This document shows positions 54,452 to 64,000 of a DNA stretch of 64,000 nucleotides, piece after piece. Made by a program: the position numbers and the translations under genes. Under the pieces are notes generated by a model, which saw only the letters and a program-made list of their open reading frames with translations, did no database searches and had not been told where the DNA came from. This DNA comes from an uncultured bacterium (GTDB taxonomy: Bacteria; Patescibacteriota; Saccharimonadia; Saccharimonadales; UBA4665). Numbering within the stretch: position 1 is the first letter of the stretch; each line of letters begins with the position of its first letter. The stretch spans positions 25,490 to 89,489 of the forward strand of contig CAWCCP010000011.1 of assembly GCA_963794235.1 (NCBI GenBank), read 5' to 3'.

Positions 54452-56950
54452 ATGCATAAAGATGACGTTCTTAAACTTGACGAAAATCAAGTCGTAGATG
54501 CATTACAAACCTCCGTTGACGGTCTTGCTAGTAACGAAGCTCAGCACAGACTTGACCGATTCGGCCCAAATATATTACGTAATGAAAGTAAAACAAAGAC
54601 TGTCGATCTACTTATAAAACAGTTCAAAAGTCCTTTAATCTATCTTTTAATATTAGCCGGTGTCTTATCATTTATTTTGAAAGATATTAGTGACGGTGCA
54701 GTGATAACTTTCATTTTACTTATTAATACGGGCCTCGGTTTTTATCAAGAACTTAAATCAAAAAATGCAATTGAAAGTCTTCAGAAATTAGTTAGTAAAG
54801 AGATACTAGTAAAAAGAGATGGCAAACAAAATTTAATTAATGAGAACCAGCTCGTAGTCGGGGATTTAGTGATACTCAGAGAAGGTGATATTGTCCCCGC
54901 AGATATTAAGCTGTACCGTGTTAATAATCTTTCTGTGAATGAGTCACAACTGACTGGGGAATCACTTCCCGTAAGCAAAACGACGTCTGGTAATGAATCG
55001 TTAGTTTTTGCTGGTAGTACAATCGAAAAGGGAGAAGCAGAGGGCTTTATATATGCAACTGCTGCCGATACAGAACTTGGCAAAATTGCACACCTTTCAA
55101 CCGCAACAAAAAGAGTTACACAGTATGAACAATCACTTTCCTCATTTAGTACCTTTCTCGTAAAACTAACTTTAGTAACGCTTTTGATACTTTTCATCTT
55201 TAAATTAGTCCTAACCCACGATGTCTCACACATATCCGCATTACTGCTGTTTATTATTGCACTTTCAATCGCAGTCGTTCCCGAAGCTATGCCGGTTATT
55301 GCAACCGTAACGCTATCGAATGGAGCGCTTAAACTCGCGAAGCGTCACGTGATCGCTAAAACCCTATCTGCCGTAGAAGACTTGGGCAACATATCGATTC
55401 TTTGTAGTGACAAAACAGGTACCCTTACTATGAACGATCAGACAGTGAAGAAGTTAATCGCTGACGATCCTGAGCTCTTTCAGAAACTAGCGATAGCAAG
55501 CCTTGAACTTGTTGATGAAAAACGTAAAAAGTCACAAAGCTCATTCGATCGAGCTTTTTTAAAATTTGTACCCGAAGCAATACAAGCCCAAACCCATAAT
55601 TATGTCAGGCTCGCAGACGCGCCATTTGATCCTGCAGCGCGACGACGAAGAGTCGTCTATAAAGATGGCCAAAAAACATACCTTGTGGAAGTAGGCTCCG
55701 TAGAGACACTGCTAAAACTCACACGGGACCCTAAAGCCGAAGAGTATTTGGCTGTTATAAAAGAAGACGGACGCATAGGTTTGCGGCACCTTGGAATCGC
55801 TTACCGAGAAGTGACATATACGACCAATGAAGACTTCGACATACTGAAGCATGAGGAAAACTTGCAGTTTGTCGGTTTTGTGGCGCTCGAAGATCCTCTT
55901 CGTCCATCCGCCAACCGCACTGTCCGACTTGCTAAAAGTCTCGGTGTTACGATTAAAATACTATCTGGTGATAGTCGGGAAGTTACCCAATATGTGGCAA
56001 GTGAAGTCGGACTAATGACCGATAAACAATTTGTATATACCGGTGATGAGATTGATAAAATGTCGGATACAAAGTTAAGCGAGGTTTTAAAAACAAACAA
56101 TGCTTTTGCGCGCTTAAATCCTGAGCAAAAATATCGAATTATTAAACTTCTTAAGCTTCACGATAATGTCGTCGGCTACCAAGGAGATGGAATAAATGAT
56201 GCTCCAGCACTCAAGCTTGCTGATGTCGCAATAGCAGTAAATAATGCCACTGATGTAGCCCAAGATAGTGCCGATATTTTACTTTTGCGAAATGATATTG
56301 CCGTAATCATACAAGGCATAGAATATGGACGAGGAATATTTTCAAATATCAACAAATATATTCGCTATACAATGATTGGTAATTTCGGTAACTTTTTTGC
56401 CCTAGGAGCGTTATATCTATTATCGGCAAGCTTACCTCTATTGACTATCCAACTGCTACTCACTAACCTACTTGGTGACGTGCCGCTCGTAGCTATATCT
56501 ACCGATAATGTAGAACTTTTGGAACTTAAACACCCTAGTCATTACGATATTAAGTCACTGATGTATGTATCGATGATACTCGGATCTTTTACGGCACTTT
56601 TTGAGCTTATCTTTTTTGCCCTGATCAAAGATCAGCCGCTCGCAGTATCACGTACTAGCTTATATCTCTATCTAACACTGCTCGGATTTGCAGTTATTTT
56701 CTGCGTGCGGAATAAGGACCATTTTTGGAGAGCACCTAAACTATCAGTACCTCTCTGTTTATCATTTGCGATCGTAGTTGTTATATCGACCGTCATAATC
56801 TATATCAAACCGACGCAAGAGCTTTTCTCATTCAGAGCGCTATCTCCCGGTCTAATTTGCTTGATTTTGGGCATGACTGTGTTTTATCTATTGTTTTTAG
56901 ACACGATCAAGATATGGTTTTACAAAACGCGAGTATCGTCGACTAACTAA
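54452..56950 (+). CDS. cation-transporting P-type ATPase (P2/P3-like)
   Basis: TGES, PEAMP, CSDKTGTLT and GDGINDAPALK motifs with 10 TM segments. ATG 54452 is preferred to the TTG at 54437. Confidence 0.9.
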   Translation: MHKDDVLKLDENQVVDALQTSVDGLASNEAQHRLDRFGPNILRNESKTKTVDLLIKQFKSPLIYLLILAGVLSFILKDISDGAVITFILLINTGLGFYQELKSKNAIESLQKLVSKEILVKRDGKQNLINENQLVVGDLVILREGDIVPADIKLYRVNNLSVNESQLTGESLPVSKTTSGNESLVFAGSTIEKGEAEGFIYATAADTELGKIAHLSTATKRVTQYEQSLSSFSTFLVKLTLVTLLILFIFKLVLTHDVSHISALLLFIIALSIAVVPEAMPVIATVTLSNGALKLAKRHVIAKTLSAVEDLGNISILCSDKTGTLTMNDQTVKKLIADDPELFQKLAIASLELVDEKRKKSQSSFDRAFLKFVPEAIQAQTHNYVRLADAPFDPAARRRRVVYKDGQKTYLVEVGSVETLLKLTRDPKAEEYLAVIKEDGRIGLRHLGIAYREVTYTTNEDFDILKHEENLQFVGFVALEDPLRPSANRTVRLAKSLGVTIKILSGDSREVTQYVASEVGLMTDKQFVYTGDEIDKMSDTKLSEVLKTNNAFARLNPEQKYRIIKLLKLHDNVVGYQGDGINDAPALKLADVAIAVNNATDVAQDSADILLLRNDIAVIIQGIEYGRGIFSNINKYIRYTMIGNFGNFFALGALYLLSASLPLLTIQLLLTNLLGDVPLVAISTDNVELLELKHPSHYDIKSLMYVSMILGSFTALFELIFFALIKDQPLAVSRTSLYLYLTLLGFAVIFCVRNKDHFWRAPKLSVPLCLSFAIVVVISTVIIYIKPTQELFSFRALSPGLICLILGMTVFYLLFLDTIKIWFYKTRVSSTN

Positions 56951-56957
56951 CAGAATA

Positions 56958-58352
56958 CTAGGCAATAGCTATCTGATTATTTGAGAGTACTTCTTCGGCG
57001 TCTTCCTGAGCTTTTTTTATGATTAGAGGAAGCTCTGGGTCACCATGCTTATCGGCTTCCTGAGTAACAGGGCCATTCAGGAAGTCACCTAATTGCTTTA
57101 CAAAATCTAAGGTGCTTCGTGCAAATATGGTTTGCTGAGCACTGTAAGCGGCAAGTGCGCTCTCGAGATCATCTGGATGCTGCAGTAAATGATAAACCAG
57201 CGTTGCCGAGCTAAACATAGCTGAGTTAGCACCGAAACCTGCCCAAGGAGGAACTACACAGCCAGCATCCCCACTAAGTACCGCTCGTTCACCAACTCTA
57301 TAGGATGATGCTGCCTTGTAGTGAAACTTGTAACGACGTCTCTCGGGAAGAAAATGAATCATCTGTGGATTGTATTTTAAGATTTCAGGAAAATCACGTG
57401 CAAGTCTCACAGCCGCAAGCTCTGGAGTTGCAAACGGATGTTCTTCCTGACCAATGTCGTCATAGCTAGAAATAAGAAGAACCGCAATGCTCCCATCGCT
57501 ATTTGGTATGCCAATAGCACATGCCTCAGCTTCTAGAACATGCCAGAAGTGTATATGGTTAAGTGACAAACCATGCTTGTTTTCCGGATATATCATGCCC
57601 GAGACGCAACTACGAGATTCAGGTTTTAAATAATAATCAGCAAGGCGATTTTTGATTGGAAGTTTATCGCTCATACTGTGCAATCCATCACCCATGACCA
57701 CAAGATCTGCCGTAATTTTATGGGCCGTTAGGGAAGGGTCCGTATACCATACAATGGCGTTGTCAGGGTCAACCTCAGTAACCTTTGCGTGAAAAAGAAT
57801 TTCTGCACCTTCAGCAACTGCTAAGTCGACCATTTTTTGTCTCAAAATAGGGCGAGGAATACTAACAAGCGCAGCTTCAGGCACCGTACCGTACGTCGAA
57901 TGATACGGTTTCCCTGTACCTTTATAATTATGTACCGCACGGCCAATTATGTCCGTACCAGCTTCCCAAATACTACTATCGCCCAAAATGTATCTTCCTA
58001 CATTATCAAGAGTAATATTAAACGACCGATCGGTATAACCTGGATCTTCGGTTCTCGGATCTCCTGCTTGTTCAAGTACGATCACATGAGCCCCTTGCGC
58101 ACATGCAGCGCGCGCGAATGTCAGCCCAGCAGGGCCAGCGCCAACAACAATTACATCAAGATCTTGTAATTTTGTACTTCGAGTTTCTTTTTTAATGGGG
58201 ATAACGTTAAGGAAAGAAAGGTCGCCTGTATTAAGCGGATCATCCTTTGACTTTGACCTAGACACGATCTTGGCCGAACTATCTGTCAAATCTGTTGTAA
58301 TATCCCTAATTAACATGGTTTCTACAATAACACATTTTGAATTATATAACAA
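56958..58352 (-). CDS. FAD-dependent monooxygenase (UbiH/kynurenine-monooxygenase-like)
   Basis: VIVVGAGPAGLTFARAACAQGAHVIVLEQ (GxGxxG) and a later GDAG...G.GAN motif. The start is uncertain. Confidence 0.7.
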   Translation of the reverse strand: MLYNSKCVIVETMLIRDITTDLTDSSAKIVSRSKSKDDPLNTGDLSFLNVIPIKKETRSTKLQDLDVIVVGAGPAGLTFARAACAQGAHVIVLEQAGDPRTEDPGYTDRSFNITLDNVGRYILGDSSIWEAGTDIIGRAVHNYKGTGKPYHSTYGTVPEAALVSIPRPILRQKMVDLAVAEGAEILFHAKVTEVDPDNAIVWYTDPSLTAHKITADLVVMGDGLHSMSDKLPIKNRLADYYLKPESRSCVSGMIYPENKHGLSLNHIHFWHVLEAEACAIGIPNSDGSIAVLLISSYDDIGQEEHPFATPELAAVRLARDFPEILKYNPQMIHFLPERRRYKFHYKAASSYRVGERAVLSGDAGCVVPPWAGFGANSAMFSSATLVYHLLQHPDDLESALAAYSAQQTIFARSTLDFVKQLGDFLNGPVTQEADKHGDPELPLIIKKAQEDAEEVLSNNQIAIA

Positions 58353-58457
58353 TACCTTTTATGCTATAATCCAAAAAAATATACCATTTTTTTGAATACA
58401 TCCCTATTTGGCAGTTCTATAGTACTAGCGGCAGTAGAATTTACACCTTCTGAGCGC

Positions 58458-59582
58458 TTAATTACTAAGCAAAGATTGTATTACCGACTGAATTTGGCTG
58501 TAATTGGCATATCCTGCAGCCGGAATCAAAGCATCTTCACCATCGGGAGTATAGTATGATGTCAGTAAATCCTGCCCATTGATGTTATTAAGTGTTACAG
58601 ACTTAATGTTTTGGCTTTGTATAGACTTACTATCTCGATAGAGAGTTGCCATAACGCCAAGAGACATATCTGTTTTTAGATTGTCGCCTATTGAATCTGA
58701 AAGCTCTGCTACCTTGAGCGGATTGCTAATCACGCTGGCACTTGAAGCTTTATTTTTAAGTGCCACAAGTAATTGCTGCTGGTGCTGTGTCCGATTAAAA
58801 TCACCTTGGGGAAATCCATATGATCCAATGCCATCACCCCTCGCTCGTGCCAAATTTAATGCCTCCTGACCATTTAAAGCAACGATGCCATTAGGCAAAT
58901 TAAGATCCGTGTTAGGATCATACAAACCTCGAGGATCGGGACTTTGTATATCAACAGTCACTCCTCCGACAGCATTCACTGCATCTTTAAATGCAGTGTA
59001 GTCAAGTAATCCGTAATAGCTTGTTTGAATACCAAAATATTGGCTAATGACTTCCTCGAGCAAGCCCATACCGCCATTGTCGTACCCAGCTTGGCTAAAA
59101 CCTTCTTGTTGCCCATCTTCGTAAGCAGCATTAATCTTCTGGTAGCCAAATCCAGGAATGTTAACCCACATATCTCGGGGTATACTAATAAGATCAGCCG
59201 ATTTGGTTTGCGGATTAATACTTACCACCATAATTGAATCCGTCAGCGAGGCTCCCTGATGGTTTGGATCATCCACTGAATACCCGGCAAGAAGAATATT
59301 GACTCGGCCATTCGTTTCATTGAGAGGAACGTTACGAAAGAGGCTAAGAAGCTGCAGTGGGTTAGTATCGCCAGTAACCTTCGCTGTATTTTCATAGAAT
59401 TTCCAACCGAGCCACCCACCCCCAATAACCGCCAGTAATATGATTAACAACAACGTCCGCTTAATGAATTTTCCAATTGAAAAGCGTCGTCGTTTGACCT
59501 CTTGATTATAAGTTTGATTTTGAGGATAGGTTGCATTAAGTGGAATCGATTGAATTGTCTGCACGTGCTTTCGAGCGCTCAT
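58458..59582 (-). CDS. LCP (LytR-CpsA-Psr) family protein
   Basis: N-terminal TM anchor and NILLAGYSVDD...LTDSIMVVSINP...ISIPRDMWV. Confidence 0.85.
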   Translation of the reverse strand: MSARKHVQTIQSIPLNATYPQNQTYNQEVKRRRFSIGKFIKRTLLLIILLAVIGGGWLGWKFYENTAKVTGDTNPLQLLSLFRNVPLNETNGRVNILLAGYSVDDPNHQGASLTDSIMVVSINPQTKSADLISIPRDMWVNIPGFGYQKINAAYEDGQQEGFSQAGYDNGGMGLLEEVISQYFGIQTSYYGLLDYTAFKDAVNAVGGVTVDIQSPDPRGLYDPNTDLNLPNGIVALNGQEALNLARARGDGIGSYGFPQGDFNRTQHQQQLLVALKNKASSASVISNPLKVAELSDSIGDNLKTDMSLGVMATLYRDSKSIQSQNIKSVTLNNINGQDLLTSYYTPDGEDALIPAAGYANYSQIQSVIQSLLSN

Positions 59583-59720
59583 AAGTTTGCACCTTATAAT
59601 TATTTTATCCGGCCCCTAGCATGCCATAGAAAGATGAAAGTATCTTGAAAGAATTCAAATTTCTTATAAAAATGCTTTGGCGGGCGCCGAACCTAAATTC
59701 GATGGTATACTCGAGTCATA

Positions 59721-60071
59721 ATGCTCAAAAAAATTATGAGAAGTCTACTCTTAGGGCTGATTATACTATCAGCACTTACGGTCTATACCCATATACAATC
59801 CATCCAAATTAATGCGCCCCAAAGCGCAAGCATCTTTAGCATTACCGAAACATCAAAAGGAATACCACTTCGTTACATGAAAACGTACAGCAATACTTCC
59901 GGTATGTACGCCCCCGACATACCACAGAACAAAGGAATTCAATGGAGTGCTTTTATCTTTGATTATTTTTTCTGGACCATATTAGTATTTATCGTACTGA
60001 TCTTGCCGGGCGTTCTTCTACGTAAACACAAAAAGCCAGAAAACGATTCGCTCAGTAGACATCGTCACTGA
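59721..60071 (+). CDS. hypothetical membrane protein
   Basis: 116 aa with two TM helices. Confidence 0.45.
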   Translation: MLKKIMRSLLLGLIILSALTVYTHIQSIQINAPQSASIFSITETSKGIPLRYMKTYSNTSGMYAPDIPQNKGIQWSAFIFDYFFWTILVFIVLILPGVLLRKHKKPENDSLSRHRH

Positions 60072-60544
60072 GTTATTTCAATATTGCTATTGTCGACATT
60101 ATTACTTGTCGCTGAACCAGTTGAATTTGAGCCAGTAGTACTTGATCCAGTGGACTGCGACTGAGTGCTATTGTTATTAACGTTTACGCTACTGGAACCA
60201 TTTTGGTTCTGGTTATTGCCGGAACAATTGACTGACGTACTTGATTCATAGGTGGTGCCGCTGGCACTTTTTACTGTTTTGGTTGTCGTTGATTTCGTAC
60301 AATTACCAGCCGTTGAAACAGTTGTATGCGATGAAGGAGATGAGGTTTTTGTTTGTGTTTTTTCTGGAGCGACGGTCTTTGCATTCATGCTCATAGTTTC
60401 ATGCGATTTCTTGCCGACGGCGGTCGTTTTAAGCGCACTTTCACTATCAAGTTGATTATGATGATACTCGTTCACGGCACTCACCACGCCAATAATTATC
60501 CCGATAGAGAGAAATAATAGTAATGTTCGCTTTATACGTGACAT
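60065..60544 (-). CDS. hypothetical secreted Ser/Thr/Asn-rich protein
   Basis: Signal/anchor helix followed by low-complexity sequence. Confidence 0.5.
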   Translation of the reverse strand: MSRIKRTLLLFLSIGIIIGVVSAVNEYHHNQLDSESALKTTAVGKKSHETMSMNAKTVAPEKTQTKTSSPSSHTTVSTAGNCTKSTTTKTVKSASGTTYESSTSVNCSGNNQNQNGSSSVNVNNNSTQSQSTGSSTTGSNSTGSATSNNVDNSNIEITQ

Positions 60545-60625
60545 AAAATTACTCCTTTTAAAATTAATTTTTGCATATTCTAATGTATTATTTTACATGT
60601 AAACAAAAGCCTTTTATATCGAAAA

Positions 60626-61486
60626 TTATACAATACTTTGATACTGAAAAGCTTGCGGTAAAGCTTCAATTACATCCGATGCGATTAATGATGGCTGCGA
60701 CTTAGCTGCCGCGGCAAGATCGCCTGCAAAACCATGAAGATATACACCGGCTTTTGCTGCCATGAAAGGATCCGATACCTGTGCTAACATCGCCGCAATT
60801 ATTCCAGTTAGCACATCACCCGTACCAGCAGTGGCAAGACCAGGGTTACCGGTAGTATTCTTGTGAGTCCATCCATCTGGTCCCGTAATAAGCGTCTTTG
60901 AACTTTTAAGTACCACTATCAGATGGTGCTCCTGCGCAAACTGAGACGCAATCACCTCGACTTCGGGTGTATCTTTTATGGTCAACGTATGATCAGTCAT
61001 TTTTTTAAATTCTCCGAAGTGAGGCGTTAAGATTATGCTTCGCGTATTATCGGAGGACAAGTCATTGAGTAGCTTTTTAGCGATACTCAAACCACCACCA
61101 TCGATAATGAGCGGGGTAGTGCACCCAGAGATAAGCCAGTTGACAAGTTGAGTCGAATCTTCGTTTTGCGCTAAGCCGGGGCCGACAACTATAACATTTA
61201 CTCTTCTATTTATAATAAATTCTTTAAGATTCTCTATGCTTTGAGACATATCGTTTACAAAAGAAAAAGTCATAATTTCTTCAACGCGTGTTTCAAGTTT
61301 ATCTATAACTGCCGGAAACGAAGCTATACTGACTAATCCTGCCCCTGAACGTAAAGCGGCTCGCGCAGATAGATATGGCGCGCCCACCATACCGGGAGAT
61401 CCTCCCACTACTAATACATGACCATAATTATATTTATTGGTTTCGACATCTCTATTGAGAAACTTTGTAAAGAAATTCCTATCCAT
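60626..61486 (-). CDS. nnrD: ADP-dependent NAD(P)H-hydrate dehydratase (YjeF C-terminal type)
   Basis: KYNYGHVLVVGGSPGMVGAPYLSARAALRSGAGLV...TPHFGEF...GNPGLATAGTGDVLTG. Confidence 0.85.
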   Translation of the reverse strand: MDRNFFTKFLNRDVETNKYNYGHVLVVGGSPGMVGAPYLSARAALRSGAGLVSIASFPAVIDKLETRVEEIMTFSFVNDMSQSIENLKEFIINRRVNVIVVGPGLAQNEDSTQLVNWLISGCTTPLIIDGGGLSIAKKLLNDLSSDNTRSIILTPHFGEFKKMTDHTLTIKDTPEVEVIASQFAQEHHLIVVLKSSKTLITGPDGWTHKNTTGNPGLATAGTGDVLTGIIAAMLAQVSDPFMAAKAGVYLHGFAGDLAAAAKSQPSLIASDVIEALPQAFQYQSIV

Positions 61487-61492
61487 CGTAGT

Positions 61493-62167
61493 TCAAGCGA
61501 ATGATGACGTTATCTTAATTCTGCGCTGCTCTTTGCTTGCAGCATGCCCTTCAGCTGTAATTGTGTATATCAAAATATTGTCAAAGGGCATTTCTATGCC
61601 ATCAATATCATCATCATTAATTGTTTCGAGATACTTAATAAGTGAGCGAAGCGTATTGCCATGCGAAATAACAAGAACATTTTTGCCTAATATGAGTTCG
61701 GGTACAAGATAATCTCTGTAAAACGGAACCAAGCGAGCAAAAACCATTTTCAAAGTTTCTCCTCCTGGAATCGGATAGTCCCAGCTACGCCGTATTTTTT
61801 TAAAAGCCGCATCGCCAACTTGGTCCAACACTTCCCATTTATTGAGACCGGTATAGTCCCCGTAATCTCTTTCATTCAAATTTTTATTTCTCTTTATATC
61901 AATAGACTCCTTCTGAGCGGCCTTGAGGAGCACCTGCAAAGTTTCAAACGTTCGCATTTGTTCTGAGCAATACGCGACGTCAATTGGAATATTCCGCAAT
62001 GCCTCTCCAATGAGGACCGCATCGTTTTGACCCTTAGCGGTTAGATGAACATCGGCTACACCTGTCCACTTTCCAAGCCGATTCCATTCCGATTCAGCAT
62101 GACGAACAAGGATCAATTTTCCATAACCCACATCACCGGGCGTATAATGTGTTTCATTAGTCATCAT
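61493..62167 (-). CDS. gpmA: 2,3-bisphosphoglycerate-dependent phosphoglycerate mutase
   Basis: LVRHAESEWN catalytic His motif and the later SHGNTLR. Confidence 0.85.
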   Translation of the reverse strand: MMTNETHYTPGDVGYGKLILVRHAESEWNRLGKWTGVADVHLTAKGQNDAVLIGEALRNIPIDVAYCSEQMRTFETLQVLLKAAQKESIDIKRNKNLNERDYGDYTGLNKWEVLDQVGDAAFKKIRRSWDYPIPGGETLKMVFARLVPFYRDYLVPELILGKNVLVISHGNTLRSLIKYLETINDDDIDGIEMPFDNILIYTITAEGHAASKEQRRIKITSSFA

Positions 62168-62197
62168 TAATCTATTATAGACGAAAGAGGAGGAGCA

Positions 62198-63463
62198 ATG
62201 CTTATTGAAACGATTGTAGCGCGTCAGGTATTTGATTCACGAGGTAACCCAACTGTAGAATGCGACGTTATACTGCAAGACGGTAGCCTTGGAAGAGCAA
62301 TTGTTCCTTCCGGCGCTTCAACAGGAGTTGGTGAAGCACTCGAACTCCGAGATGGCGGGGACGTCTACGGAGGAAAAGGCGTCAGTAAAGCTATCAGTAA
62401 CATCACGGACCGTATTGCGCCAATTGTCAAGGGCCAGAATGCATCTGACCAACGCGCAATCGATACGCTTATGCTCAATTTAGATGGAACTGAAAATAAA
62501 AGCCAGCTTGGTGCCAATGCCATGCTTGCGGTTTCGCTTGCAACTGCACGTGCTGCTGCTGTCAGCAAAAAACAGCCACTTTATGTACATCTTGGTGGAC
62601 TCGTTAACAATGAAACATATACTCTCCCCATGCCAATGTTTAACATTTTAAATGGCGGAGCACACGCTGACGGCTCGACAGATATTCAGGAATTTATGAT
62701 AGTACCGGTTGGCGCCAAAGATATCGCTCAAGCCCTGCGTATGGCAAGCGAAATCTATCACACACTCGGGAAACTTCTCAAAGCACTTGGTTATGCGACT
62801 ACTGTCGGTGATGAAGGCGGCTTTGCGCCAAGCGTAAAGGGCGGATCGGAAGAAGCATTGGGCCTTGTTGTCCAAGCGATAACGCAAGCAGGCTACGTTG
62901 CAGGAGAGGACGTCTCTCTCGCACTCGACGTCGCAGCAAGTGAACTTACGAATGGTGCAGAATATAATTTCGCGCGCGAAGGTTCCGAATACACAGTCGA
63001 CCAACTGATTGATAGATATGCTGAAATTGCAAAAAAATATCCTCTCATATCACTTGAAGACGGCCTTTCAGAAAACGACTGGCTTGGATGGCAAAAGCTA
63101 AATACTCGACTAGGTTCAAGCTTACAACTTGTCGCTGATGATCTTCTAGTCACGAATTCAATTCTTCTTAAAAAGGCAATTGAAGAAAAATCAGCAAATG
63201 CAATCCTCATCAAGCCGAATCAAATTGGTACACTTAGCGAGACGATTGATGCAATCAAACTGGCTCAAGACGCTGGATGGCGAACAGTTATATCTCATCG
63301 ATCAGGCGAAACCGAAGATACATTCATAGCACACCTTGCCGTAGGCTTGAACGCAGGGCAAATTAAAACTGGTTCATTTGCTCGATCTGAAAGAATTGCA
63401 AAATACAACGAATTATTGCGTATCGCTGAGACTATGGATCATCCCAATTTGTTTCATTTCTAA
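62198..63463 (+). CDS. eno: enolase
   Basis: ARQVFDSRGNPTVE, SGASTG, LLKPNQIGTLSET and SHRSGETED are canonical enolase motifs. Confidence 0.95.
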   Translation: MLIETIVARQVFDSRGNPTVECDVILQDGSLGRAIVPSGASTGVGEALELRDGGDVYGGKGVSKAISNITDRIAPIVKGQNASDQRAIDTLMLNLDGTENKSQLGANAMLAVSLATARAAAVSKKQPLYVHLGGLVNNETYTLPMPMFNILNGGAHADGSTDIQEFMIVPVGAKDIAQALRMASEIYHTLGKLLKALGYATTVGDEGGFAPSVKGGSEEALGLVVQAITQAGYVAGEDVSLALDVAASELTNGAEYNFAREGSEYTVDQLIDRYAEIAKKYPLISLEDGLSENDWLGWQKLNTRLGSSLQLVADDLLVTNSILLKKAIEEKSANAILIKPNQIGTLSETIDAIKLAQDAGWRTVISHRSGETEDTFIAHLAVGLNAGQIKTGSFARSERIAKYNELLRIAETMDHPNLFHF

Positions 63464-63485
63464 TATTTGAAAGTTAATATAGCAA

Positions 63486-64000
63486 ATGTCTATAGTCAAA
63501 GCTGTAATTGCAGATGTTGACGGCGTGATGGTCGGTAAACATGCTGGAATAAACTTTCCATTGCCACACGAGCAAGAAATCACCGCGTTAATGAAGGTAT
63601 CTGCGTCGGGAATACCAGTTATTCTATGTACCGCCAAGTTTAATTTTGCAATTAAAGGAATCGCTCAGCTTGCCCATCTAGATAATCCACATATTACGGA
63701 TGGCGGAGGAGTGATTATAAGTTTCACGGATAACAAAGTTATAAAAAAGTTCCCAATTGAGAAAAAAATTGTCGGACAGTATGTTAAGGCCTGTCTCGAG
63801 CAATCCATCTATACTGAAATTTATGCAACAGATGCCTACTATATTGATGGTTCGCAAACGAACACATTCACTACTAAAAGGTCCCGTTTACTCCAGCAGA
63901 AACCTCAAGTTTCAAACTCGCTCTACGCGACATCTCAAGCCATTGAAACAATCAAAATAATAACATTCATCGAGACCGATGAACAACAAGCACTTCTTGA
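63486..64000 (+). CDS. HAD-superfamily hydrolase (Cof/IIB-like), runs off window end
   Basis: Own translation: MSIVKAVIADVDGVMVGKH... (DxDG motif I). The frame is open to the window end and is not in the track. Confidence 0.55.
   Translation, partial: MSIVKAVIADVDGVMVGKHAGINFPLPHEQEITALMKVSASGIPVILCTAKFNFAIKGIAQLAHLDNPHITDGGGVIISFTDNKVIKKFPIEKKIVGQYVKACLEQSIYTEIYATDAYYIDGSQTNTFTTKRSRLLQQKPQVSNSLYATSQAIETIKIITFIETDEQQALL

Noticed and set aside
1-64000. CRISPR arrays, rRNA genes and intact tRNA genes
   Set aside because: No regularly spaced short direct repeats were seen, nor any long conserved rRNA-like stretches or complete cloverleaf candidates on either strand.

Overview
This is a low-GC (roughly 40% by eye), gene-dense bacterial window. 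No rRNA, convincing tRNA or CRISPR array was found. The gene content suggests a reduced Gram-positive-type or Patescibacteria/Saccharibacteria-like genome, but that lineage guess is inference only: LCP, MMPL, YggT, GlsB, many small hypotheticals, and glycolytic eno/gpmA at the right edge. The window has three parts. (1) 1-6.6 kb is an integrative-element-like block. It holds a large serine recombinase running off the left edge, membrane-anchored proteins, a wHTH protein, and a 1,073-bp two-gene segment bracketed by a perfect 226-bp inverted repeat. (2) About 6.6-19.9 kb is an accessory array of roughly ten short cassettes. These carry five toxin-antitoxin-type modules, a SEC-C/phosphoesterase pair, GDPD, a DHFR-like protein and small hypotheticals. 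The cassettes are separated by same-orientation repeats sharing a GAGCCA core with mosaic left and right flanks. One cassette gene is disrupted by an IS110-family insertion. (3) 19.9-64 kb is mostly housekeeping, stress and transport genes. Examples are MarR/MFS/isochorismatase/AbrB, two Crp/Fnr regulators, an ArsR-SRPBCC cluster, Bcp, MMPL, MscS, DJ-1/PfpI, GH15, a P-type ATPase, LCP, NnrD, gpmA and eno. This part also contains an IS982-like element with an 8-bp target duplication, a cytosine-deaminase-like gene next to a 749-aa LOG-domain protein, and a KaiA-less kaiC-kaiB-kaiB-PAS histidine kinase-response regulator cluster. At least eight genes look split by 1-nt indels, mostly in homopolymers. 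Pseudogene calls are therefore provisional.
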